From NCBI GenBank assembly GCA_965248355.1, contig OZ252098.1:96001-160000 (forward strand): a DNA stretch of 64,000 nucleotides, given 5' to 3'. Below are positions 41,501-49,512 of this stretch, in pieces. The stretch is from Candidatus Latescibacterota bacterium (GTDB lineage: Bacteria; Latescibacterota; UBA2968; UBA8231). How positions within the stretch are numbered: position 1 is the stretch's first letter; each line of letters begins with the position of its first letter. Position numbers and translations under genes: made by a program. Below the pieces are notes generated by a model. That model was not told the DNA's origin. It was given only the letters and a program-made list of their open reading frames with translations, and searched no databases.

Positions 41501-42005
41501 CTGGCAGCCGGCCATGAAGGTCCTCAAGCGCTTGTACGAGCAGGCCATCCCCGCGATGCGGCGGCGGGAGGGGAGCCCGGTCTGGTGGTTCGTCGCCGAG
41601 GGGAACGGGATCGTTCTCGATCCGCTGGGGTTCTACCGGGGCTCGGGCTGGGAGACCTTCCGCCTCGGAGTGGAGGGCTGGGGTTTCTGGAGCCTGCGCA
41701 TGGGCCCGCCCCTGTGGAAGACCCGCCCCGAGGAGGAGCCCGATTACGTCACCATCGGGGACGACGGCGTGCACTTCACCAGCAACCGGCGCTGGCAGGC
41801 CGTTCGCGACGGCACCGAGGACTTCACCGCCTTCACCATGCTCGCGGAGCGCGCGGCCGAGACCGGGGACCCCCAAGCCGAGGCCCTGCTCGAGGAACTG
41901 CGCCCCTCCTCCACCTTCCTGCTCTACCGCGAGTCTCCGGACTGGGAACGCGTGCAGGAGATCTGCCGGGCCGTGGAGAGGACCCTGGTCCGGCTGCAGC
42001 CATAG
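38556..42005 (+). CDS. Secreted FG-GAP/VCBS repeat propeller fused to a GH123/DUF4091-like domain
   Basis: Signal peptide MSSRAAVLILALICGLAIPAQA; seven D(L/V)DGDG..E(I/V)V-type repeats; C-terminal YPQDEPG and RRWQAVRDGTEDF. Confidence 0.75.
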   Translation: MSSRAAVLILALICGLAIPAQAVEPWPSPEQQWRYESKGLSNPVPYPSVPRIEGILMGEGTDLVRLDTKGREVWRTPLISLAKVAGQVQWARERIKAPVVVDLDGEGAPEIVAQASYGEVFALDGDGQVLWRWPGLGPVDFRMFVTAGDVDGDGRAEIVVPSKAGWVGCLDRQGRVLWQFSAGWEMASAPVVADLDGDGREEVVYGSGSRVLALSGSGRLLWQTELSAYEAVFSRNRPLVMDGDGDGRTEVYILDCVRNLVVRLDGPTGAVAWVEPQPSYYGYLGLSAADLEGDGVFDLIVTGKSTLVARMSLSGGSTLWGTQLGGRGIFFAPAVADLNGDGAQEVVVGVRGHSPDERRTAWYVVDPSGEILAAVAQEDGGIHAPLVADLDRDGRLEVVSGERHLTAWEFPFEGGAIAAGHMWGGDELPSSRLAPSEARPAGEKGVLVRSFPPPHYGYNLLELDSPDTEPGDHVEVSVLGPSGVRWSRVHPVRAGDPPALRYPVRRPGRHQVEVRLLDGAGVVKRYQRRAVKVGDLLGPVARQMETVVGQARQLAGELADRQPRAARFALHQAARLQGDLALLEARTKGVESFTWREHEALADQVRLLLKTARRTAGLAALTGRQASARANTDLVVWEDPNPWDLVNPLDELPADLGSPVVEVWGYGNEVENRAVHVLNTSPAGLVVRLEPGSIATADTSVELEREADEVVRFSQVVSLSSKHAYRVLGTETDERVPELLPELGPEKLLSVAPGEVEDLWLEVSTYGLASGEYILKWPLTTLEPAPYRDTLTVRLRVSEVALPERAWERPYVFHPWTYPLHQGPERMRRLAVHLKRSGVNAAVLNLPYVHVDTTGTRLIKPLDWSAFDRMWETIGPLKHLLFQNYHIYWPEGVEPGEEQLLAAYGTYADAVFPRLDSLGIGADRFSVYPQDEPGLTGEGSVQTYIAKARRFVDSDPRWRVYSNYAGTTTAEQVERMAEVTHVWQPAMKVLKRLYEQAIPAMRRREGSPVWWFVAEGNGIVLDPLGFYRGSGWETFRLGVEGWGFWSLRMGPPLWKTRPEEEPDYVTIGDDGVHFTSNRRWQAVRDGTEDFTAFTMLAERAAETGDPQAEALLEELRPSSTFLLYRESPDWERVQEICRAVERTLVRLQP

Positions 42006-42033
42006 ACCGTGGCCTCACTCATGGAGGTGTGAC

Positions 42034-43260
42034 ATGCCGATCCACCAAGGCAGCCGCTGTGGCGCCATCGCCGCCGCCTGCATCGCGACGTTCCTCCTGC
42101 CGTTGGGAGCCGCGTCCGATTCGGACCCTGCCCCCGGCCCGGGGCGTTCGGTTCTCTCTCGCGACGGGGAGCCGCTCTTCGCCCTGGGGATGTACGAGCG
42201 CCCCCGGAACGACGACGAGTGGCGCCGCTGGAAGGAGGCGGGCATCAACATCGTCAAGGCCGGGAACCGGCAGCAGCTCGACGAGAACCGGGAGTGGGGG
42301 ATGTCCGCCACGGTTCACGCCTCCATGATCCTGGCCGACGATGACGACGGCTCGGCCCTCGTCGCCTTCGTCAACGAGCTCAAGGATCACCCGGCGCTGG
42401 CGGTGTGGGAAGCCCCGGATGAGGCGATCTGGTGGGCCTGGCGCCTGGAGCGCGCCCAGCCGCCGCGTTTCTGGGGTCCCCATAAGGACGTCGCCGAGGA
42501 GCGGATCGCGCGGATGGATGCGCTCGTTCGAGGGCTGACCCGGGGCGCCGCGTTGATCCGCGAGCACGATCCCGGGCGCCGCCTGTGGCTGAACGAGGCC
42601 TGCCAGAGCAGCCAGGCGTCGCTGGCCCGTTGCGCGCCGTCGCTGGACATCATCGGATTCGACTACTACCCGATCCCCGCCCGCGACAGTCGTCCCATGC
42701 AGTACATGGGGCTCTACACGGACCGCTTCCACAAGACGGCGCCGCGGTGCGACCTGTGGATCGTGCAGCAGGCCTTCTCCTGGAGCTCCCTGCCCGAGCG
42801 CGAGGGCCCGCACCTCCTGCCGACCCTGGAGCAGATACGCTTCATGGCGTGGCAGTCCATCGCCTACGGCGCCACCGGCGTCTTCTGGTGGGGCTCAGCC
42901 TATGAGGAGGACCGGGAGGCCCTCATGGCGAACCTCCTGCCCGTGGTGTCCGAGCTGTCGCAGCTGCACCCGTTCCTGACGTCGGCCACCATCCACAGCG
43001 TGCGGGCCGTCAACGAACCCAACCGCTATCCGTGGCTGCTCGGCGGGACCGCCGTGGCGCGGCGGCACGGCGAGCGCACGATGCTCGTGCTCATCAACGA
43101 GGACGGGACCCCCGCGGACCTCATCATCCAGGGGCTCGACTGGCTGAATGCCGAGGATCTGCGCCCATTGACGCCGGTCTCGTCCGACCTGACGACGATC
43201 GAAGACGGGATCATCACCATGATGGAGGGCTTCGAGGTGCGGATCTACGTGGATGGTTGA
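42034..43260 (+). CDS. Secreted putative glycoside hydrolase (TIM-barrel-like, family unassigned)
   Basis: Signal peptide; DGEPLFALGMY, HPALAVWEAPDE, DIIGFDYYP, LWIVQQAF, RFMAWQSIAYGATGVFWW. Confidence 0.65.
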   Translation: MPIHQGSRCGAIAAACIATFLLPLGAASDSDPAPGPGRSVLSRDGEPLFALGMYERPRNDDEWRRWKEAGINIVKAGNRQQLDENREWGMSATVHASMILADDDDGSALVAFVNELKDHPALAVWEAPDEAIWWAWRLERAQPPRFWGPHKDVAEERIARMDALVRGLTRGAALIREHDPGRRLWLNEACQSSQASLARCAPSLDIIGFDYYPIPARDSRPMQYMGLYTDRFHKTAPRCDLWIVQQAFSWSSLPEREGPHLLPTLEQIRFMAWQSIAYGATGVFWWGSAYEEDREALMANLLPVVSELSQLHPFLTSATIHSVRAVNEPNRYPWLLGGTAVARRHGERTMLVLINEDGTPADLIIQGLDWLNAEDLRPLTPVSSDLTTIEDGIITMMEGFEVRIYVDG

Positions 43261-43335
43261 CCGCGCGAAGAGATCCTCGGCCCGGACCACCAGAGCCTGG
43301 CCGCCTCTCCTGGGCTGAGCGGCGGAGCTGCTCTC

Positions 43336-43827
43336 ATGGGGCCTCTCGACTCTCTGCAAGTCGTCCTGTCGCCCGAGCAGTCGAGTTGGCTCAAGTCCTT
43401 TGCCTTTACGCTGACCATCGAGGGGCCGGTCTTCGTCTGGATGGCGAGGAGACACAGGGCCGACTCCCGCATAACCGTCCGGCGGGCGGCCGCGGCCGGG
43501 GCGTGGGGCACGTGCATGACCCACCCGGTGCTCTGGTTCCTCTGGCCCAGGTTCTACGTGGCCGCCCTCAGCCTCCTGCTCGCGCCGGAGAGCCTCAGGG
43601 AGGAGTACGGGCGACGGGCGATCTTCTTCGTCATGGATCAGCCCCACATCTTCTGGTCCGGAGTCGCCGTCGCCGAGTTGCTCATCGCCTGTATCGAGGG
43701 TTTCACCTTCTGGCTCGCGGCGAGGAGGATACCGCTGTCGAGGGCCATGCTGGCCTCCTTCCTCGCCAACGGGGCGAGCTACGGGCTGGGGCAGCTGGTC
43801 CGGCACCTCTGGCCGGATCTCCTGTGA
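43336..43827 (+). CDS. Small hypothetical membrane protein
   Basis: Four hydrophobic segments with intramembrane polar motifs TLTIEGP, THP, AE..IACIEG, SFLANGAS. Confidence 0.7.
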   Translation: MGPLDSLQVVLSPEQSSWLKSFAFTLTIEGPVFVWMARRHRADSRITVRRAAAAGAWGTCMTHPVLWFLWPRFYVAALSLLLAPESLREEYGRRAIFFVMDQPHIFWSGVAVAELLIACIEGFTFWLAARRIPLSRAMLASFLANGASYGLGQLVRHLWPDLL

Positions 43828-43879
43828 CCATGGGAGGACCACGTCTTCCGACTCGGCCGCAAGCGCCCCGAGGTCATGT

Positions 43880-45769
43880 ATGCTGAATCGAACGTCCCTC
43901 CTGGCACTCTCCGTGACCGTGCTGGCGACAGAACCGGCTTCTGCCGATCCCCTGCCACTGGTGGTCGTGGGAGAACCCGCTTCCATCCTGGTGCTGGCCG
44001 ACGAGCCAACGGCGTCGGCGCGGGATGCCGCCGAAGCCCTGCGGACGTGGATCGAGAAGATGAGCGGCGCCCGCCTGCCCGTCCTGCGGGAGAGCGACGT
44101 CGCCCCGAACCCGGAGTCCGTCCTCATCCTAGTGGGAGATACGGAACGGACCCGCGCTCTGGGCATCGATCCGGAACGGCTCGATCTCGAGCAGGTGCGC
44201 ATCCAGACCTTCCCTGGCGCGGTGGCGGTCCTGGGCGACGACCTCCGTGCGGACGGGCTCCCGCTCAGGGGGACGCTCTTCGCGGCCGGTCTCTTCGCGC
44301 GGGAGGTTCTCGGGATCCGCTGGCTCTGGCCGGACACGCTGGGGGAGATCGTGCCGCGGCGCCAGGAGATCCTGGTGGACGAGGTGCGCATTCGGCAGAC
44401 CCCCCGCTTTCGCCGGCGGGACATGTTCAACCAGGCCTACAACGGCGTATGCCATACCAGGATCGATGCCCTGGGGTGGGACCACGAGCCTTTTCTCGAG
44501 TTCCAGAGGAGAACGGACGAGTGGCAGGCCTTCCACGGCGGGGGCGGCAGCTACAACGGCAGCTTCGGCCACGCCTTCGGGCACTACTGGGACCTCTACC
44601 ACGAGGAACACCCCGACTGGTTCGCCCTGCAGCCGGACGGGACGCGCGACAATGAGGGACCGGCCAACGAGGGCTACCCCAGTCACCGGCTCTGCGTTTC
44701 CAATCCCGGTCTGATCGAACGGATCGCAAGGGACAAGATCGAGCAGCTGAAGCGGAATCCGTCCCTCGACGCCGCCTCGGTCTCCCCCAACGACGGGGGC
44801 CCGCAGACCTTCTGTCTGTGCGAGCGCTGCGAGTCCTGGGACGCCCCCCAGGGGGAGATGATCCGGATGCGCGGCCAGGACGGCCCCATTCCCCACGTCA
44901 CCCTGAGCGATCGTTTCGTCCGCTTCTACAGCGAGATCGCCCGGATCGTGGCGGGGGAACTGCCGGACCGCAACATCGGAGCCTACGCGTACCACTACTA
45001 CACGACTCCACCGATTCAGGCCGACCTCCATCCCAACGTGGTGATCGGCTTCGTGACCGCCATGAGGATGTACGTCAACGAGGACCTGCGTGAGAAGATG
45101 CGCGTCGAGTGGGGGCAGTGGGCCGCCAGGGCCCACCAGCTCTTCCTCTACTCCAACTCCACCTACGCGCTCAACGCCTTCCCCAGTGTGTACGTGCACC
45201 GCCTGGCCGAGGACCTCAGGTTCTACGCGGACAACAACATCGTCTTCGCCCAGTACGACTGCGTGACGGGCCACTGGGGGACCAACGGGCTGAACTACTA
45301 CGTCCTCGCACGCCTGCTCTGGGACCCCTGGCAGGACGTGGACGCCCTCGTGGCGGAGTACTGCACCGCCGCTTTCGGACCGGCCGCGGAGCAGGTGCGC
45401 GGGTATTTAGAAGAGATTGAGCGCATCACCACTTCCGTGGCCGAGGAACGACAGCGCCCCGGCGCGGAGGCGATGGCGCGCCACTACAGCGACGCGACGG
45501 TGGCGGCCCTCACGGCAATGCTCGACGCAGCGGATCGGGCCGCCGCAGGCGACCCCACGATCGAGGCCCGGATCCGGTTCCTGCGCCAGGGACTCGACTA
45601 CGCGCCCATCTGCCGGGACTACATGCTGGCCAGGAAGGCGCTGGAAGGCGGAAACAAGTGGGATTGGCGGGCGTATCGCGAGCAATCGGTCCGGCGCACG
45701 ACCTGGTTCCATCAACTCGGCCCGTCCTGGTCGATCCACGTGCCCTGGCTGATGTACCGGGAACTCTGA
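43880..45769 (+). CDS. Secreted DUF4838-domain protein
   Basis: Signal peptide; AAEALRTWIEKMSGARLP, LGIRWLWP, HPDWFAL, LCVSNP, SPNDG..FCLCERC, GLNYYVLARLLWDP. Confidence 0.82.
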   Translation: MLNRTSLLALSVTVLATEPASADPLPLVVVGEPASILVLADEPTASARDAAEALRTWIEKMSGARLPVLRESDVAPNPESVLILVGDTERTRALGIDPERLDLEQVRIQTFPGAVAVLGDDLRADGLPLRGTLFAAGLFAREVLGIRWLWPDTLGEIVPRRQEILVDEVRIRQTPRFRRRDMFNQAYNGVCHTRIDALGWDHEPFLEFQRRTDEWQAFHGGGGSYNGSFGHAFGHYWDLYHEEHPDWFALQPDGTRDNEGPANEGYPSHRLCVSNPGLIERIARDKIEQLKRNPSLDAASVSPNDGGPQTFCLCERCESWDAPQGEMIRMRGQDGPIPHVTLSDRFVRFYSEIARIVAGELPDRNIGAYAYHYYTTPPIQADLHPNVVIGFVTAMRMYVNEDLREKMRVEWGQWAARAHQLFLYSNSTYALNAFPSVYVHRLAEDLRFYADNNIVFAQYDCVTGHWGTNGLNYYVLARLLWDPWQDVDALVAEYCTAAFGPAAEQVRGYLEEIERITTSVAEERQRPGAEAMARHYSDATVAALTAMLDAADRAAAGDPTIEARIRFLRQGLDYAPICRDYMLARKALEGGNKWDWRAYREQSVRRTTWFHQLGPSWSIHVPWLMYREL

Positions 45770-45814
45770 CGGGTTTCGAGCGGAGGATACCCGGCCACGC
45801 GCCGGGAGGGCCTG

Positions 45815-45837
45815 CTGAGCGGGGAGGGGCCGCTCAG
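45815..45837. terminator. Hairpin between convergent genes
   Basis: CTGAGCGG-GGAGGGG-CCGCTCAG overlapping the minus-strand stop; no U-tract. Confidence 0.4.
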
Positions 45838-47267
45838 TCGAGGGCCATGATCTGACAGCTTCCTTCGAGCCGCGGCACGCGGAGGACCCGGCCGTCGACC
45901 TCGAGCTCCACCACGGCATCGGTGTCGGTGAAGTCGGTGCGCCGCACCAGCACGCGGTCGTCCCAGCGCAGGGCCGACACCACGGGCCCCGGTTCTTTCG
46001 GTACGGTGAAGGAGACCGGTGTTCCATTGGCCAGGAAGTCCCGGTAGACGTGCGATTCCGCGTACACCTGGTGGGCGAGCTGGGACTCCTTCAGGGCCTG
46101 GTTCTGCGGACTCCACATGAACAGCGCGTCATGGCCGCGCAGCAGCAGGTGCCAGAGCAGCTCGCGGTACTTCTCTTCGCTGAACTGCGGGTGGTCCGGC
46201 GGGGGATCGGAGAGGATCACGGTGTGCCAGTGGACGAAGGTGATCAGCGGAATGTGGGCCGGCGTCGACTTCCCGGCGTTGCTGCCCACCAGCAGCATGT
46301 TGTAGAACCATCGATAGTCGGGCACGTCGAAGTCGTACCAGCCATAGATGTCCTGCCAGGTGTAGACCACCGGCATGGCGAAGGTGTAACCCGTGCCGTC
46401 GAACTCGGGGTACCACTGGCGGTAGCGGGCGCCGCCTTCCACCCGATGGGGCGTGCCCGGGGTGTGCTTCTCGAAGTAGTCGAACCAGTACCGGTACCCG
46501 TTATGGGGATAGACGGCATAGTTGCCCACCAGGGCGCGGGGGAACCGCGCCAGCACGGGCTCGGCGAGCATGTGTCGTTGCAGGTAGCTGCGCTGGCGCC
46601 GGAGGGCGCCCTGGAAGGCGCTGAAGTCGTCGATCTCGGGGATGCGGGCCCGGCAGCGCATGCAGCGGCGCGAGTGGTCCCAGGCCTCGTTCCACTCGAT
46701 GGGGCCGTCGATCTCCCAGTCGGCGAAGATCATGTGGATGTCGAGACCGGCGTCGTCATAGGCCGTGGCGGGCTCGGCGATGCGGCGGCGCATCTCGGTC
46801 GTGCGAGAGTCCACGGCGAAGGGACACCCCATGTGTTGGGGGCCGAAGGAGGGATCGAAGAAGGGCTGGCCGTCGCTGTCCACGTGCGCCGTGCCCTCGT
46901 CGCCATTGAAGAAGGAATAAGTGCAGGAGGTGGCATTGACGGTGATGGGCAGTCCCAGACGCTGCTGGATGGCTCCCAGGCGCAGGGCCCGGTCCAGGGC
47001 CTCGGTGTCGTCGGCGCGCCAGTTCGCGATGGCGGCGATGCCGCGCGCCTCCAGCTGGCGCAGCAGGGTCTCCAGTTCCGCCTCGTCGTCGGTGCCCAGG
47101 TTGTGAGCCGGCCACAGGTAGAGGGGCAGGCGCTCGCCCCGCGGTTGCTCCAGCGGGGCGGTGGTGCGAATGATTTCCTGGATGAGCTGGTCGCTTGTCT
47201 GTGCCATGGTGCGCGTCAAGGCCGCCAGGATGAGCCCAGCGGTCGCGAGGAGCCGGATCGTCGTCAT
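45834..47267 (-). CDS. Secreted hypothetical protein (possible glycoside hydrolase-like barrel)
   Basis: Signal peptide MTTIRLLATAGLILAALTRTMA after a GGAGG RBS; aromatic-rich; FADWEIDGP, CMRC, ELLWHLLLRG. Confidence 0.75.
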   Translation of the reverse strand: MTTIRLLATAGLILAALTRTMAQTSDQLIQEIIRTTAPLEQPRGERLPLYLWPAHNLGTDDEAELETLLRQLEARGIAAIANWRADDTEALDRALRLGAIQQRLGLPITVNATSCTYSFFNGDEGTAHVDSDGQPFFDPSFGPQHMGCPFAVDSRTTEMRRRIAEPATAYDDAGLDIHMIFADWEIDGPIEWNEAWDHSRRCMRCRARIPEIDDFSAFQGALRRQRSYLQRHMLAEPVLARFPRALVGNYAVYPHNGYRYWFDYFEKHTPGTPHRVEGGARYRQWYPEFDGTGYTFAMPVVYTWQDIYGWYDFDVPDYRWFYNMLLVGSNAGKSTPAHIPLITFVHWHTVILSDPPPDHPQFSEEKYRELLWHLLLRGHDALFMWSPQNQALKESQLAHQVYAESHVYRDFLANGTPVSFTVPKEPGPVVSALRWDDRVLVRRTDFTDTDAVVELEVDGRVLRVPRLEGSCQIMALD

Positions 47268-47529
47268 GGTGCCTCCCACCGCATGGCTGGCGCGGGACCG
47301 AGGGGCTGTATTCCGTTGACATTCCCAAGATAGGTGGTGGCGGGAGTGGTGCAAGCCGCCACCTGAGCCGCGGCCTCGAGGCAGGGATCGCCGGCAACCC
47401 GGAGGGAGGCCATCAGGTGTGGGCACGTCGTCCGTCACCGCGAGGCGGCTCGCGGATCGGGTTGTCGCAGCGGCGGGCCTCGAATACGTTGACGCAAGTC
47501 GCCACAACCCGATCTGCACCGGATCGCCC

Positions 47530-49482
47530 ATGTCCCCGGGCCCACATCACGATGTGACATTTCGCGCCATCGCACTCGGTGCGTTGCTGGCCCTGGCGAT
47601 CAACCTGGCCTGCCCGTACAGCGTCCTCGTCCTGCAGAACGCGGGGTTGACCTCGGACTACATCGCGGCCGGCGCCATGATGCTGTTCCTGGTGCTCGTG
47701 GGACTGATCAATCCCGTCCTGAAGTTCGTCCGTACGGGCTGGGGGCTGAGCAGCGCCGAGCTCATCGTGGTCTACGTCATGATGCTCGTGGCCTGCGCGG
47801 TCCCGACATGGGGGCTGGTGACCAACCTGTTCCACATACTCACCCGGCCCTTCTACTACGCCACCCCGGAGAACGGCTGGGTGGATCTGGTGCATCCGCT
47901 CATACCAAGCTGGCTGGCGCCCCGGGACCCCGACGTGGCGCGCTACTTCTACGAGGGGCTCCCGGCAGGCCAGGGGATCCCGTGGAGCCAGTGGGCGGTG
48001 CCCCTGCTGGCGTGGGGGAGCGCCATGCTCGCCGTCTTCCTCCTCATGGTGTGCACCATGGTCATCCTGCGCCGCCCCTGGGTGGAGCAGGAGCGACTGG
48101 TCTTTCCCCTGACCCAGCTTCCCCTCGAGATGCTTCGCGGCGTCGACGACCAGATGGTGCCGTCGCTGTTCAGAAGCCCCCTCATGTGGGCGGGCTTCGC
48201 GCTCCCCTTCGCACTGCAGATGCTCCGCGGTCTGCACCACTACTACTTCTTCATCCCGGAGGTCGAGACCTATCTCGACCCGATCCACCTGTTCCGCAAC
48301 AGTGTCCACCTGCGCATCTTCATCAACTTCGCGATCATCGGCCTCAGCTACTTCCTCAATCTGCAGGTCGCCTTCTCGGTGTGGTTCTTCCACCTGCTGG
48401 GGCGTTTCCAGACCGGCGTGTTCTCGGTCGTGGGCTACGAGCTCCCCGGCCGACACGAGTCGTTGACCGGATCGTCCATCGCCCTGTCCCATCAGGGCAT
48501 GGGGGCCATAATCGTCCTGGTGGCGGCCATCCTCTGGACGGCTCGCGGGCACCTCGCGCGCGTTCTGCGCGCCGCCGTCCGGTGGCGGCGTGACGCCGCC
48601 GACGCCGAGGAGATCCTGTCCTATCGGGCCGCCGTCTGGCTGTGGGTCGCGTGCGCCGCCTACTACTTCGCCTGGCTGCTGCTGACCGGGCTGCCGCCGG
48701 TGGCCGCCGTGGTCTTCCTCCTGGGAGCCCTCACGATCTTCGTGGCCGTCAGCCGGGTGATCGCGCAGGGAGGGGTAGGCTTCACGGCCTCCACCATGGT
48801 ACCCCAGCCCTTTGCGGTCTACACGCTGGGGACGGACCTCATCGGCTGGAAGGGCCTGGCCAGCCTGAGCCTGAGCTATTCATGGGCGGGGGAGATGCGC
48901 ACCACCGTGATGGCTTCCACGGCCAACGGCCTCAAGCTGGCCCACAGCGGCGGCCTGTCGGCGTGCCGGCATCCACGGCGCCTGTTCTGGGCGATCCTGA
49001 TCGCCATCGTCGTCAGCATGGCGGGGGCCACGTGGATCACGTTGCACCTCAACTACACCTACGGCGGCATCAACCTGCGGCAGTTCGGCGTGCCCACCAT
49101 CGCCTACCGGTTCCTCGAGGACAAGCTGCTCAACCCCGTTGGCTGGGATCACATTCAACCGCGCCTGCTCTTCACGGCGGTCGGCGCCGGAGCCATGGGG
49201 TTGCTCATCCATCTGCAGCACCGCCTCCCCTGGTGGCCCCTGCACTACATCGGCCTGCCCATCGGCGACAGCTGGGTGATGGGCTGGGCCTGGTTCTCCG
49301 TATTCCTGGGCTGGCTGATGAAGGGCGTCATCTTCAGGTTCTGGGGAAGTCGAGGGTATCACTTCTTGAAGCCCGTGTTTCTCGGGTTCGTGGCCGGACA
49401 GCTCATGGGCGGCGCCGTGTGGATGGTGGTGGACGCCATCCTGGGGGAGACCGGGAATGTGGTGTACATCGGCGTCCGTTGA
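47530..49482 (+). CDS. DUF6785/DUF6784 polytopic membrane protein (putative transporter)
   Basis: About 650 aa, many TMs; LSSAELIVVY, WVEQERLVFPLTQLP, WWPLHYIG, KPVFLGFVAG. Confidence 0.78.
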   Translation: MSPGPHHDVTFRAIALGALLALAINLACPYSVLVLQNAGLTSDYIAAGAMMLFLVLVGLINPVLKFVRTGWGLSSAELIVVYVMMLVACAVPTWGLVTNLFHILTRPFYYATPENGWVDLVHPLIPSWLAPRDPDVARYFYEGLPAGQGIPWSQWAVPLLAWGSAMLAVFLLMVCTMVILRRPWVEQERLVFPLTQLPLEMLRGVDDQMVPSLFRSPLMWAGFALPFALQMLRGLHHYYFFIPEVETYLDPIHLFRNSVHLRIFINFAIIGLSYFLNLQVAFSVWFFHLLGRFQTGVFSVVGYELPGRHESLTGSSIALSHQGMGAIIVLVAAILWTARGHLARVLRAAVRWRRDAADAEEILSYRAAVWLWVACAAYYFAWLLLTGLPPVAAVVFLLGALTIFVAVSRVIAQGGVGFTASTMVPQPFAVYTLGTDLIGWKGLASLSLSYSWAGEMRTTVMASTANGLKLAHSGGLSACRHPRRLFWAILIAIVVSMAGATWITLHLNYTYGGINLRQFGVPTIAYRFLEDKLLNPVGWDHIQPRLLFTAVGAGAMGLLIHLQHRLPWWPLHYIGLPIGDSWVMGWAWFSVFLGWLMKGVIFRFWGSRGYHFLKPVFLGFVAGQLMGGAVWMVVDAILGETGNVVYIGVR

Positions 49483-49512
49483 GGGCGGCGGCCGCAGAAG
49501 AGGAGGAATACC

